From: Macrostomum lignano
Taxonomy: Eukaryota
Length of the DNA stretch: 64,000 bases
Direction: 5' to 3'
Assembly (NCBI GenBank): GCA_002269645.1
Contig: NIVC01002611.1
Coordinates: forward strand, 62,001-126,000
Shown: one piece after another, positions 12,515-25,270 of the stretch
Layout of the letters: each line of letters opens with the position of its first letter
How positions within the stretch are numbered: position 1 is the stretch's first letter
Made by a program: the position numbers and the translations under genes
The notes under the pieces: model-generated
What the model saw: the letters and a program-made list of their open reading frames with translations, nothing else
Database searches by the model: none
Told to the model about the DNA's origin: nothing

Positions 12515-13699
12515 CTAGAAAAAAAACCCCAATATGCTACTAATAAGCCCAGTGGTTGCTTTGACAGCCTCCAACTGGGTGGGGTTGGGTCAGCTCTGCT
12601 TTTTTTGCTCAGTTTGTGCTGCAACGCCAAGTCAAAGGCTGATTTGACTTCACAGTTGCCAGGCTGGCATAGTGGCCGAGTGATGCTCAGCTGTTGAAGA
12701 GTTTGCTTGGGTTGAAAATTGTTTTTAAAATCTGTGTTATCGTTCTTCTTCTACTAGTCTTTGGTATGATTGAAGAAAATTCTAAGACTGATAAAGATCT
12801 GCTCTGGCTCTCTGCACTTAAGGACAGCATGCAATTAAAAGGGGGATTGAAAAAATGAAACAATATCTAAATTCAATAATGAATTTAATCAAAATTAAAT
12901 TTTAAAGCCTTATTTTGCTGCTTAGTCAAATTGTTTGACTAAATTGTTTTTTTACTAATCATAGCATTTCTTTGTATTTATTATAATTGGTTGGCTTTAA
13001 TATGAAATAAAGTGGCTAAGTATATTAACTCGGGACTAGGGTCTATCTATAATATAATTATGCTCTAGAATAAGTGATTTTTAAAGACATTATATAATTC
13101 TAATATCCTATTTAATTACTCTACAACTAGTCAAATAAATATATTAAAAACATTTACATTTCAAGAAGTAATGCCTAAAAATTTTTTTACTCTGAGCTGC
13201 TTCTGAGGAATGTCAGAGCTCCCATTCTGACTCTTATTACTAGGGAAGTTGACTTTTAAAGAAATGGAACCTAAAAGCATATGTTCTGATACTTCCTCCT
13301 TTCTATGGTTAGGAAGAGATATATTTTGTTGTTATTGTTGTTGTTAATATTTTATAACTATTAAATTTTTTGTCTAAATTCTTATATTCTTTATCTATTA
13401 TACTTTTTTACTTTTAAAATCTATTTTGTTATATAATGCATGATTTATTAGTTTTAAATTTTCAATAAATCCTGGCAATTGATATTTATATATGATATTT
13501 ATATTTATATATATATATATATCATTTGCTAAGATTTATTGAAAATTTGCTAGATTTATTGATATATATATATATATATATATAGTATCTATTGATATGT
13601 TTTGAAAAGCAATAAAACATATTTGTCATTTTTGAAATATACTATACTTCTAGGTAAACTATAACCAAAAGCTAAAACTAGGCCTATCTATACAAATAT

Positions 13700-13985
13700 A
13701 AAATATATATTATATATAATCTGGGTTTTTTTGTCTATAACTTGGGTGCAATTTCGCACCCTGTGCTAGATTTCAGGGTGCAATTTTCAAGACTAGGATG
13801 CGCTGCATGTCCATAACACTAAATTTTGAAATCCATATCACATCCTTACAAAAAATTCTGGTGCACTTTTTGCACCCTGAGTCAAATTTCAGGGTGCAAT
13901 TTTTAAGACCAGGATGCTATTCGCACCTATTCCAAAAAATATATCCAAAAAACCCAGTATATTATAATTTATATATATAATATAT
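13700..13985. mobile_element. Foldback/MITE-like element with GGGTGC sub-repeats
   Basis: CTGGGTTTTTTTG near the left end inverted against CAAAAAACCCAG near the right end; internal hairpin GGGTGC-AATTTC-GCACCC and duplicated TTTCAGGGTGCAATTTT..AAGAC.AGGATGC. Confidence 0.45.
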
Positions 13986-14479
13986 AGTGTATACTATATA
14001 TAATATATTGCAAAATATATACAAATGTTATAACCTATAGCCTATAGGCTATAGTCCTAAGTATGATCCATACATGCAAGATTTATGCCTTTGTATACTA
14101 TATTAGCAATTAGCATTTCCTATTAGGAAGCCAAAAAATGTAGTACAAGTTTTTCTAACTAATAAACTACATATATTATCTTATTGTAGTGATCTTAGCA
14201 ATCCTATACTAGCCATTTAGCCCCCCTCCCAGTGGCTTCTTAGCAGTTTAGCGCTTGTCTATAAGCAGTTTTGCACAGTCGCTGAGCATATCTCACTAAT
14301 CTCCGAGAAGTTCTGCAGTAGCAAATCTCTAAGCAGTTGTACACCAATTTTACTAGACTAAAAAGTTCTAAAAAGTTACATTTCTGAATGTTTGAAACTT
14401 TGCAATGTCAATTCATTTATAGTTCTTTATGATTATTTGTTATTTTCAAATCCTCACCAGATTACCACTATTCTCCCAC

Positions 14480-14900
14480 ATTAGCCCTACACCCCCAGAT
14501 TAGCCCCACTTCCCCCAGATTAGCACTACTCCCCCCATATTAGCCACACACCCCCAGATTAGCCCCACTTCCCCCAGATTAGCACTACGCCCAGATTAGC
14601 ACTACGCCCAGATTAGCACTCAGCCTAGATTAGCACTCAGCCCAGATTAGCACTCAGCCTAGATTAGTACTCAGCCTAGATTAGCACTCAGCCTAGATTA
14701 GCACTCAGCCCAGATTAGCACTCAGCCTAGATTAGTACCACTCCACAGATTACCGACGCTTCCCAGATAGTTTCACCTTCCCAGATTAGCACTACTTCTC
14801 CAGATTTGCACCATTCTGCAAAAATTCGCACCACTACTTCCTCCAGATTAGCCCTCCCACTCCTTTATATTAGCCCCGCTCCCTTAGATTAGCACCACTC
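14480..14900. repeat. CAGATTAGC-core minisatellite (17-bp core units, longer degenerate flanks)
   Basis: AGATTAGCACTCAGCCT repeats. Confidence 0.9.
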
Positions 14901-15771
14901 CCAAACTGCTAAAAGGTGACTACTATTATCGTCTCAGAAGTTTAAAGTTAAACCCTCCCCAGAAATTGGCAGTTATCCCCACAACAACCTGAAATTATCC
15001 CTTCTAATTCCACAAAACAGACTACAGTCATACAACTCATTTGCACTCTATAACTTTTATTATTATTATTCATTTATCCCTCAGGGACCCAGAATTGTCC
15101 CTTCTGCAAGCTACAATTATTCACATTTAAATATCCGCCTTAGAAGTCTGCCATTATTATCCTAGCAGTCTGCAGCTATCCCCTTGGCAGTTTGCAGCTT
15201 ATACACTCATAAGTCTCGAGAAACTAACCAACGTCAGCAGTTTGTAGTCTGCAATGATCCCTTCAACAATCTGCAGTTCCCCTCAGTAGTCTGCAGTCAA
15301 TTCATTTGCAGTCAGCAAGTGTTTCCTTAATAATTCTCATTTATCCCCTCAGCAGTCTGCAGTTCTCTCAGCTGGCCCCTCAGTACTCTCAGCAAACTGC
15401 AATGATCTTTTCAATGATTTAAAAATTTGCTCAGCATTTACGATGGCGCACTAATTAATTTTCAATACATATTGGCAGTCTTGCGCAACTCAGCATTTAG
15501 CAATACCTCAGCAGTTTAACAGCATCATTTGCAATTTAGTAATTTAATCCCTTGCAGTTTAGTAATATCTACTTCTATAGACCTAGATAATAACAATTAA
15601 TGGGATCTTAGGATTTTACAAATCAAATCAAATTTGCTTAGTAGCTTGTGCAAGTAGCAAAAATAAATTATTGTAATTAATAACAAATTTTAATTATAAT
15701 TAATCAAAACTATTCAAAATAGTCGAGGCAGAAGCTACTAATGAATGAATTTATTTAATTTTAATTAGCTA

Positions 15772-15852
15772 CTGGGGAAATGGACTCGAACTTTGGACCT
15801 TATTGCCTAGCCTAAACCTAGTCCTAGTGCCTGACACTGCAGCTATTCTGCC
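15772..15852 (-). other. Degenerate tRNA-like sequence (tRNA pseudogene or SINE head)
   Basis: Minus strand GGCAGAATAGCTGCAGTG (A-box-like) ... AAGTTCGAGTCC (B-box-like) at tRNA-like spacing; no clean cloverleaf. Confidence 0.35.
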
Positions 15853-17766
15853 TACTAATCGGAGGGTGCAAAAATCAACCATATATGCTTTGGTACTACA
15901 GTCAAATACATAGTAGTGAAAGGCTGCTCAGTGTGCACAGGTTGTATGCAGGCAGAGCCAATGCACAGTTGAGTGAAATCTATTAATAGCAATTGTCTAT
16001 GCAGTCTGCCAGTCAGCCAGGGTCAGAATGTACACACGCAGCCACTAAGCATTATTTTCCTCTCCTTTATTGCAGCCAGTATTGAGGCATACACAGTGAA
16101 CAGAAAAAAGTTGTGGTGCAATCTTAATTGGAATTGAAATTCAGTTAGTGAGATTTTGACCTTTTCTAGCCTCCCATTGAAAGCATTAAAAAAACTTGTT
16201 TTTTGAATATTTAACCAACTTTTCATTCTAATGAAAAGTTGAAATTGCTAATGCAATTACACCCACACAATCTCACAAGAATTTGCAATTGAATAAAGCA
16301 AGTTTGAAAAAAAATGGTTTAGGCATTCAGGCTGTGGACTGAAATACCGGTCAGACAGACCTTAGAGATTTAGTATATTGTGATTAAGCCTTGATATCTT
16401 AGCAATTCCCTCTATAAGCCTCAACATATCAACTCCCCTCTTTAATATTTCAATGATGACTCTAATAAGCTTTGAAATCTTAAAAACTCTATCAACCTCC
16501 TAACCTTACCCTTAGCCCTAACCCTAAGTTAGTAGGACTACTAGCTAAATAATACCTAGTTTATTTAATCAATTAATGGTATAGCTAAGAACCATTAGGC
16601 CCTACCAATACCATAATAAAAATTGCCATATAATAATTAAATAGCATTAAAAATCAAATTTTTCAAAATGTTCTATGTGCCAACTTACAATATTACAAAA
16701 AATCTTAATATTTCACTATTTAAAAATAACAAAAAAGTGAAAAATTAGTAAGTAGATAGAATGCCTTTTAAAGATTTATATTAGCCTAAGTTATTCCAAA
16801 AATAAGGCTAGGGGATAGTTCAAATATAGACCAAGAGTAGTCTAGGCCCCTAACATTTTTCTTTTGAGCTAGACCCCTGGGCTTAGTGTTTAAACATGAA
16901 AATTTAGATATAATTAGACTAGATAATACAGGCCTATCATATATAAAACATACAATATGCACTGTCTTAAGGACTCAAACTCTAACCTACATTATATCAT
17001 ACGTATATTAAATTTATGGTCCCAGAGGGCAGAGGCTAGATAGAGATTATACATTTTGTATGGACAGACGATAATTACTAGGCCTAGACTAGAGTTAGGT
17101 TTATCACTTAATAATCATTGTTATTTGTATTTAATTTTAAGGACAAGGCTAATCACTGTTATTTGAACGGAAAATTCACTGTTAACTAAAATGACAATAC
17201 AAAAAAACTAAAATACTTTTATGTCACGACACTGAACTTGCATTGCATATCTCAAAAAACCTGCTTCCAAAAATAGGAACAAGTTTCTAGCTAGCGAAAA
17301 TTAAATACATAAGCACATTGTTTTCAAATTTGTGTATATTGACAAAGACATAATATATAACAAAAAGTACGCCACCTTAACTTTTTAGAGTCAAAAGGCA
17401 TGACCTCTTTGTCCCGTGTAAAGTTTTGTTGTAAAAATATGCTCTCATTTCGTCGACTGGGTCGTTCTCAAAAGTTGGGATACTAAAAGTGAAAATAATA
17501 TTTTTCTAAAGGAATCAGTTCACCAGCGATGTTTAACCCAAGATTAGTGATGATAAAAACTGCAAAAGTTGGCCCTTGTGTAATTAGTTCATCACTGCGG
17601 GTTAGATTTCGGAAATTTTCAAATAGCTTCTCGTATGAAGATTTCTCGAGAAATAGTACTATCAATTTCTTTACTCAGACGATTAAGGTCCTAGCATCGT
17701 CCATCGTCCCTAAATTTTCTTCTGCACTCACTATCCAAAAGTGATACACGGAAACGCCATTCGCCA

Positions 17767-17796
17767 CCCTAACCCTAACCCTAACCCTAACCCTAA
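17767..17796. repeat. Interstitial telomeric repeat (CCCTAA)5
   Basis: Five perfect CCCTAA units; a degenerate tract also occurs near 16500-16527. Confidence 0.9.
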
Positions 17797-17941
17797 CGCC
17801 ACTAGATTTTTTTCCTTTCCGCAATTTTCCAAGCTTTTTACAACCCTTCATTCTTTTTCCATCTCTTCCTTTTTCTCAATTTTTCCTATTTTTAGCATCA
17901 AGTCCGTGCGACATCCGGGCGAGGGTTTATCTGGTAGCACG

Positions 17942-18190
17942 ACAACTGCCTGCGCCACAACTGCCTGCAAAACTTCCTGCGCCACAACTGCCTGCAGTGA
18001 CAACTGCCTGCAGTGACAACTGCCTGCAGTGACAACTGCCTGCAGTGACAACTGCCTGCAGTGACAACTGCCTGCAGTGACAACTGCCTGCAGTGACAAC
18101 TGCCTGCAGTGACAACTGCCTGCAGTGACAACTGCCTGCAGTGACAACTGCCTGCAGTGACAACTGCCTGCAGCGACAGCTAACTGTGCA
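17942..18190. repeat. 16-bp minisatellite
   Basis: Unit CAGTGACAACTGCCTG. Confidence 0.95.
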
Positions 18191-18476
18191 GGCGACAACT
18201 GACTGATAGCTAGCTAACTCTTATATCTGTCCGATTTTTAGATTTCTTATCACTCTAATTAATTACCTTTTTTATACAACGCACAGTATGACACGTACAT
18301 GTAGTAAGTCTAATGACCGGTAAACCAACTATGGCATAGACTGTGCCAGCAGACTGTGAGGCTGATCAAGCCGCTGGCCTTTGCGCGGTCAAGAAGCTGC
18401 CGTTTCTCTTTCTTTCATTCCCGTCTCTTTTTTTGCTCGGATCGCCTGCAACCTATCTTATACTTGTATAGTAGGG

Positions 18477-18892
18477 TAGGGGCAGGCAAACTCCCCGCCG
18501 GCCTTCGGGCCAGATGCAGCCCGCAAAGCCTCTCTATCCGGCCTACGCGGGTCCTTTGAAACTTCACAACAGCAATCCGGCCTGCTCAACGTCTATATCT
18601 CTTCTCAGCGCTCTACTCTCTAATCTCCTCTCTTCCTCTCTCCCCTCTCCTCTCTTCTCTCTCCTCTTCTGTCTTCTCTCTTCTCCTCTCTTCTCTCCGA
18701 TCTTCTCCTCTCCTATTCATCACTCGTTCCATCTTGTCTCATCGCTTCTCCTTTATTTTCTCGCTATTCTTTTCTCCTATCTTCCTTCTTTCTTCTCCAT
18801 TCCCTCTCCTCTCTCCCCCCTCATCGGGCCCGCAGTCATGCTCAAGGTTCTCTATCTGGCCCTTGAGGTAAAAATAAGTTTGCCGACCCCTG
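18477..18892. mobile_element. hAT (Charlie-like) MITE with CT-rich core
   Basis: Left end TAGGGGCAGGCAAACT, right end AGTTTGCCGACCCCTG; exact 8-bp TSD TAGTAGGG at 18469-18476 and 18893-18900. Confidence 0.85.
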
Positions 18893-19720
18893 TAGTAGGG
18901 CGCTGGGCCATGGAGAACCATGGCTACGAACGTACGCAGGACGCGGGGGTACTCTGACCTGAGAGTAGTTCTCTGCAGTAGTTCTGGCTTCGGGAGGCAG
19001 TTGTGCTGTCTCCAACCACGTACCTCTATCGTGCTCGCCTGTTGTCTCCACTTCCAGATCGCGCAACCAGACAAATTTGCTCTGCATGCTACTGCTCTCA
19101 GTAGTGTGTGTTTAGCATGGGTTACAGAGCGTTGTCCCGATGGGGGAGATTTACGAGTCGTACTTACTACTGAACTGGTACGAAAGTGAGAAAACGAAAT
19201 ATTACTCGTAGAAGCTTGAACCCTACATGAATGCAGGTACATGTTGACCAGCAGACCTCTCGCCTTGAATTCTAGTGCGTACATGTAGGTTTATTCTTTC
19301 AGCTGCGCGTCTGAATGCTCCGTCATCCGATCGTTTGATTTAATTTTCCCATGAAGAATCGTGTCCAAAAAAACTCAAACTCTGCATACGTGTCACGGCT
19401 TCGATCCAATTAAAAATTTGAGGTTTCATCGCTTATGTTGATACTTCTGTCCCAACAGACAAATTAGTTTTGAAGGCTCAAGAAAAAAGATTCAAAGGCT
19501 GTTTTGTTTAAACAAGCAAGCACTGATTGTCTTATTGTTGAAGCCAGAAAGCTGACACGCTAATCAACTATCCAAATATGGGACAATCAAAGATAAATTG
19601 CTTTTTAAGCTCAGACGAGCAGTTCTCCCTGGAGAAATCAGTGCATTCAATTTGGCAACCCGAGAATCACGTATATCAAAGGTGCATGCATGTTTGATGG
19701 TTGAAAACAAGTCACAGCAG

Positions 19721-22700
19721 CATCACATGGTCCTACAGTAAATCTGAATCATCATCTGCAGCAGCATCACATGGTCCTACAGTAAATCTGAATCATCATC
19801 TGCAGCAGCATCACATGGTCCTACAGTAAATCTGAATCATCATCTGCAGCAGCATCACATGGTCCTACAGTAAATCTGAACCATCATCTGCACCAGCATC
19901 ACATGGTCCTACAGTAAATCTGAATCATCATCTGCAGCAGCATCACATGGTCCTACAGTAAATCTGAATCATCATCTGCAGCAGCATCACATGGTCCTAC
20001 AGTAAATCTGAATCATCATCTACACCAGCATCACATGGTCCTACAGTAAATCTGAACCATCATCTGCAGCATCACATGGTCCTACAGTAAATCTGAATCA
20101 TCATCTGCAGCAGCATCACATGGTCCTACAGTAAATCTGAATCATCATCTGCAGCAACATCACATGGTCCTACAGTAAATCTGAATCATCATCTGCAGCA
20201 GCATCACATGGTCCTACAGTAAATCTGAATCATCATCTACACCAGCATCACATGGTCCTACAGTAAATCTGAACCATCATCTGCAGCAGCATCACATGGT
20301 CCTACAGTAAATCTGAATCATCATCTGCAGCAGCATCACATGGTCCTACAGTAAATCTGAATCATCATCTGCAGCAGCATCACATGGTCCTACAGTAAAT
20401 CTGAATCATCATCTACACCAGCATCACATGGTCCTACAGTAAATCTGAACCATCATCTGCAGCAGCATCACATGGTCCTACAGTAAATCTGAATCATCAT
20501 CTACACCAGCATCACATGGTCCTACAGTAAATCTGAATCATCATCTGCAGCAGCATCACATGGTCCTACAGTAAATCTGAATCATCATCTGCAGCAGCAT
20601 CACATGGTCCTACAGTAAATCTGAATCATCATCTGCAGCAGCATCACATGGTCCTACAGTAAATCTGAATCATCATCTGCAGCAGCATCACATGGTCCTA
20701 CAGTAAATCTGAATCATCATCTGCAGCAGCATCACATGGTCCTACAGTAAATCTGAACCATCATCTGCAGCAGCATCACATGGTCCTACAGTAAATCTGA
20801 ATCATCATCTGCAGCAGCATCACATGGTCCTACAGTAAATCTGAATCATCATCTGCAGCAGCATCACATGGTCCTACAGTAAATCTGAATCATCATCTAC
20901 ACCAGCATCACATGGTCCTACAGTAAATCTGAACCATCATCTGCAGCATCACATGGTCCTACAGTAAATCTGAATCATCATCTGCAGCAGCATCACATGG
21001 TCCTACAGTAAATCTGAATCATCATCTGCAGCAACATCACATGGTCCTACAGTAAATCTGAATCATCATCTGCAGCAGCATCACATGGTCCTACAGTAAA
21101 TCTGAATCATCATCTACACCAGCATCACATGGTCCTACAGTAAATCTGAACCATCATCTGCAGCAGCATCACATGGTCCTACAGTAAATCTGAATCATCA
21201 TCTGCAGCAGCATCACATGGTCCTACAGTAAATCTGAATCATCATCTGCAGCAGCATCACATGGTCCTACAGTAAATCTGAATCATCATCTGCAGCAGCA
21301 TCACATGGTCCTACAGTAAATCTGAATCATCATCTGCAGCAGCATCACATGGTCCTACAGTAAATCTGAATCATCATCTGCAGCAGCATCACATGGTCCT
21401 ACAGTAAATCTGAATCATCATCTGCAGCAGCATCACATGGTCCTACAGTAAATCTGAATCATCATCTGCAGCAGCATCACATGGTCCTACAGTAAATCTG
21501 AATCATCATCTGCAGCAGCATCACATGGTCCTACAGTAAATCTGAACCATCATCTGCAGCAGCATCACATGGTCCTACAGTAAATCTGAATCATCATCTA
21601 CACCAGCATCACATGGTCCTACAGTAAATCTGAATCATCATCTGCAGCAGCATCACATGGTCCTACAGTAAATCTGAATCATCATCTGCAGCAGCATCAC
21701 ATGGTCCTACAGTAAATCTGAATCATCATCTGCAGCAGCATCACATGGTCCTACAGTAAATCTGAATCATCATCTGCAGCAGCATCACATGGTCCTACAG
21801 TAAATCTGAATCATCATCTGCAGCAGCATCACATGGTCCTACAGTAAATCTGAATCATCAACTACACCAGCATCACATGGTCCTACAGTAAATCTGAACC
21901 ATCATCTGCAGCAGCATCACATGGTCCTACAGTAAATCTGAATCATCATCTGCAGCAGCATCACATGGTCCTACAGTAAATCTGAATCATCATCTACACC
22001 AGCATCACATGGTCCTACAGTAAATCTGAACCATCATCTGCAGCAGCATCACATGGTCCTACAGTAAATCTGAATCATCATCTGCAGCAGCATCACATGG
22101 TCCTACTACAGTAAATCTGAATCATCATCTGCAGCAGCATCACATGGTCCTACAGTAAATCTGAATCATCATCTGCAGCAGCATCACATGGTCCTACAGT
22201 AAATCTGAATCATCATCTGCAGCAGCATCACATGGTCCTACAGTAAATCTGAATCATCATCTGCAGCAGCATCACATGGTCCTACAGTAAATCTGAATCA
22301 TCATCTGCAGCAGCATCACATGGTCCTACAGTAAATCTGAATCATCATCTGCAGCAGCATCACATGGTCCTACAGTAAATCTGAATCATCATCTGCAGCA
22401 GCATCACATGGTCCTACAGTAAATCTGAATCATCATCTGCAGCAGCATCACATGGTCCTACAGTAAATCTGAATCATCATCTGCACCAGCATCACATGGT
22501 CCTACAGTAAATCTGAATCATCATCTACACCAGCATCACATGGTCCTACAGTAAATCTGAATCATCATCTGCAGCAGCATCACATGGTCCTACAGTAAAT
22601 CTGAATCATCATCTGCAGCAGCATCACATGGTCCTACAGTAAATCTGAATCATCATCTGCAGCAGCATCACATGGTCCTACAGTAAATCTGAATCATCAT

Positions 22701-22866
22701 CTGCAGCAGCATCACATGGTCCTACAGTAAATCTGAATCATCATCTGCAGCAGCATCACATGGTCCTACAGTAAATCTGAACCATCATCTGCAGCAGCAT
22801 CACATGGTCCTACAGTAAATCTGAACCATCATCTGCAGCAGCATCACATGGTCCTACAGTAAATCT
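19721..22866. repeat. 44-bp satellite, about 70 copies
   Basis: Unit GCAGCATCACATGGTCCTACAGTAAATCTGAATCATCATCTGCA. Confidence 0.98.
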
Positions 22867-23146
22867 GAATCATCATCTGCAGCAGCACGTCTTGGTCTAC
22901 CATCACGTCACATGAATCATTCACATTATTCACAGCATTCAGAGGCTCACCAAAAGCCGAAAAACAATGGAGCCGACAGACATGACGCGGCATGCACTAT
23001 AAACAGTCCAAATACATGTGGATCAGCGCTCTCTTCTACAATTGGTTCGTAGGCCGAATGACTATTAGATGCTAATTTCTGCATCTTTCGCATTATTGAT
23101 ACGCCCCCTCCCCAGCTGTGTCTTGGCTTGCCATCTCCCCTGGTGC

Positions 23147-23153
23147 GTATAAA
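23147..23153 (+). promoter_or_regulatory. Candidate TATA box of secreted protein A gene
   Basis: CGTATAAAAG about 140 bp upstream of the ATG at 23291. Confidence 0.55.
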
Positions 23154-23290
23154 AGCAAAAGCTTTTTGGCGTCTAATATTTTTCTACTTTGTAATTTCCC
23201 TGCATTCGGTGCAGTCCTTCAAAGCGTCATTGAATATTCTTGCTAGACAATAAGCTTATCCTACCTGATTCTTGTGGGCCACCGTTTAAA

Positions 23291-23357
23291 ATGGCACTGA
23301 AGATTGCTAACACTGTCTCCACTCTACTGTTTGCTGTCTGCTTGGCCGTGTGCTCAG
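23291..23357 (+). CDS. Secreted Cys-rich protein A, exon 1 (signal peptide)
   Basis: MALKIANTVSTLLFAVCLAVCS then CAG|GTGAGT (phase 1); TATAAAA upstream at 23147. Confidence 0.8.
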
Positions 23358-23424
23358 GTGAGTAAACGATAAGAGACTTGTTGTATCGTCAATGGTCGCT
23401 GGGATTTTGATGGGGGGCAGTTGA

Positions 23425-24470
23425 ACGGAGGTTTAATCACGGAGAGTTTGGACAGGTGAACGGAGGTCTAATCTCTGAGAGTTTGGACAGGTGAACGGAG
23501 GTCTAATCACTGAGAGTTTGGACAGGTGAACGGAGGTCTAATCACTGAGAGGTTGGACAGGTGAACAAAGGTCTAATCACTGAGAGGTTGGACAGGTGAA
23601 CAAAGGTCTAATCACTGAGAGTTTGGACAGGTGAACGGAGGTCTAATCACGGAGAGTTTGGACAGGTGAACGGAGGTTTAATCACGGAGAGTTTTGACAG
23701 GTGAACGTATGTTTAATCACGGAGAGTTTGGACAGGTGAACGGAGGTCTAATCACGGAGAGTTTGGACAGGTGAACGGAGGTCTAATCTCTGAGAGTTTG
23801 TACAGGTGAACGGAGGTCTAATCACTGAGAGTTTGTACAGGTGAACGGTGATCTAATCACGGAGAGTTTGGACAGGTGAACAAAGGTCTAATCACTGAGA
23901 GTTTGGACAGGTGAACGGAGGTCTAATCACTGAGAGTTTGGACAGGTGAACGGAGGTCTAATCACTGAGAGTTTGGACAGGTGAACAAAGGTCTAATCAC
24001 TGAGAGTTTGGACAGGTGAACGGAGGTCTAATCTCTGAGAGTTTGGACAGGTGAACGGTGATCTAATCACGGAGAGTTTGGACAGGTGAACAAAGGTCTA
24101 ATCTCTGAGAGTTTGGACAGGTGAACGGAGGTCTAATCACGGAGAGTTTGGACAGGTGAACGGAGGTTTAATCACGGAGAGTTTTGACAGGTGAACGTAT
24201 GTTTAATCACGGAGAGTTTGGACAGGTGAACGGAGGTCTAATCACGGAGAGTTTGGACAGGTGAACGGAGGTCTAATCTCTGAGAGTTTGGACAGGTGAA
24301 CGGAGGTCTAATCACTGAGAGGTTGGACAGGTGAACGGAGGTCTAATCACTGAGAGTTTGTACAGGTGAACGGTGATCTAATCACGGAGAGTTTGGACAG
24401 GTGAACGGTGATCTAATCACTGAGAGGTTGGACAGGTGAACAAAGGTCTAATCACTGAGAGTTTGGACAG
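23425..24470. repeat. 35-bp minisatellite filling intron 1 of secreted protein A
   Basis: Unit GGACAGGTGAACGGAGGTCTAATCACTGAGAGTTT. Confidence 0.97.
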
Positions 24471-24516
24471 TCCCGATCAAGTGATCCGATCACCCTGAAT
24501 GACCGAACTCCCGCAG

Positions 24517-24653
24517 ATGTCGGCGGTGCCATCATCTCCTGTCCCCAGGGTGTGGAAATCTTCGATCATAATTACGACTCGCATCCACGACTGTCGATGT
24601 TCGCCGAGTGCAAGCACCTGAAGCATCTGCCCGAGGCTGACATTAGGTGTCAG
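24517..24653 (+). CDS. Secreted Cys-rich protein A, exon 2
   Basis: CCGCAG|DVGGAIISCPQGVEIFDHNYDSHPRLSMFAECKHLKHLPEADIRCQ|GTGAGT; phase 1 in, phase 0 out. Confidence 0.8.
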
Positions 24654-25270
24654 GTGAGTCACAAGTCTGCAAATTTGCCAAAAATATTCGTATCAGTCTA
24701 TAGCTAACTCGCAGTGATGCGTGGCTACATGCACTCGATGTCTGCTCGACATTGATATAAGCGACAGTGAATCCGAGCAGGAAAAAAATTAATGAAAGAC
24801 TGCAGAATATTGAACTTTGGAATTGTGCTATAGGAAAAACAGCTGGGCGGGTTCAGTCAGAGTGCTTCATCTTGCAGCTTAGTTATTTGATCCGCAGTCT
24901 GGTTCTGACATAACTAGTCTAGACTGTCTGTCATACGTCCGTCTATTAGTTACATCTATTCGAATATTAGTGTTGTCGTGTACTAAGAGTGTAGAAATAT
25001 CACTATAAAGCCCATACTTTTTTCATTTTTCATTTTCGACAGCATGTTTGACTACCGAAGAAATACACTACAGAGATAGGAAGTCTTCATTTTTTCAGTA
25101 CAAAAATTTTAATTGCTTTTGATAGGAGGCAGACCCAATGTTCATCTTTTGATATGACTTGCCATCTTTATAGCTCACTTGATATTAACAAAGCTTTTCA
25201 TTTAGAAAATTAGAATTCTATGTTAATTTTATAACCAACGTACATTTCCTGTGCCTTAAAATCATAAAAA

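Noticed and set aside
12640-12680. ATGCCAGCC (MPA...) upstream of the TAO first exon as an alternative start
   Set aside because: It reaches a stop after six codons with no donor site to join it to 12514.
18739-19284. 181-aa ORF and overlapping ORFs next to the hAT MITE
   Set aside because: No recognisable domain or splice framework; partly made of the MITE's CT/GA core.
19721-22866. Possible CRISPR array (also the other 30-44-bp arrays)
   Set aside because: Units are head-to-tail with no unique spacers; no cas genes; eukaryotic context.
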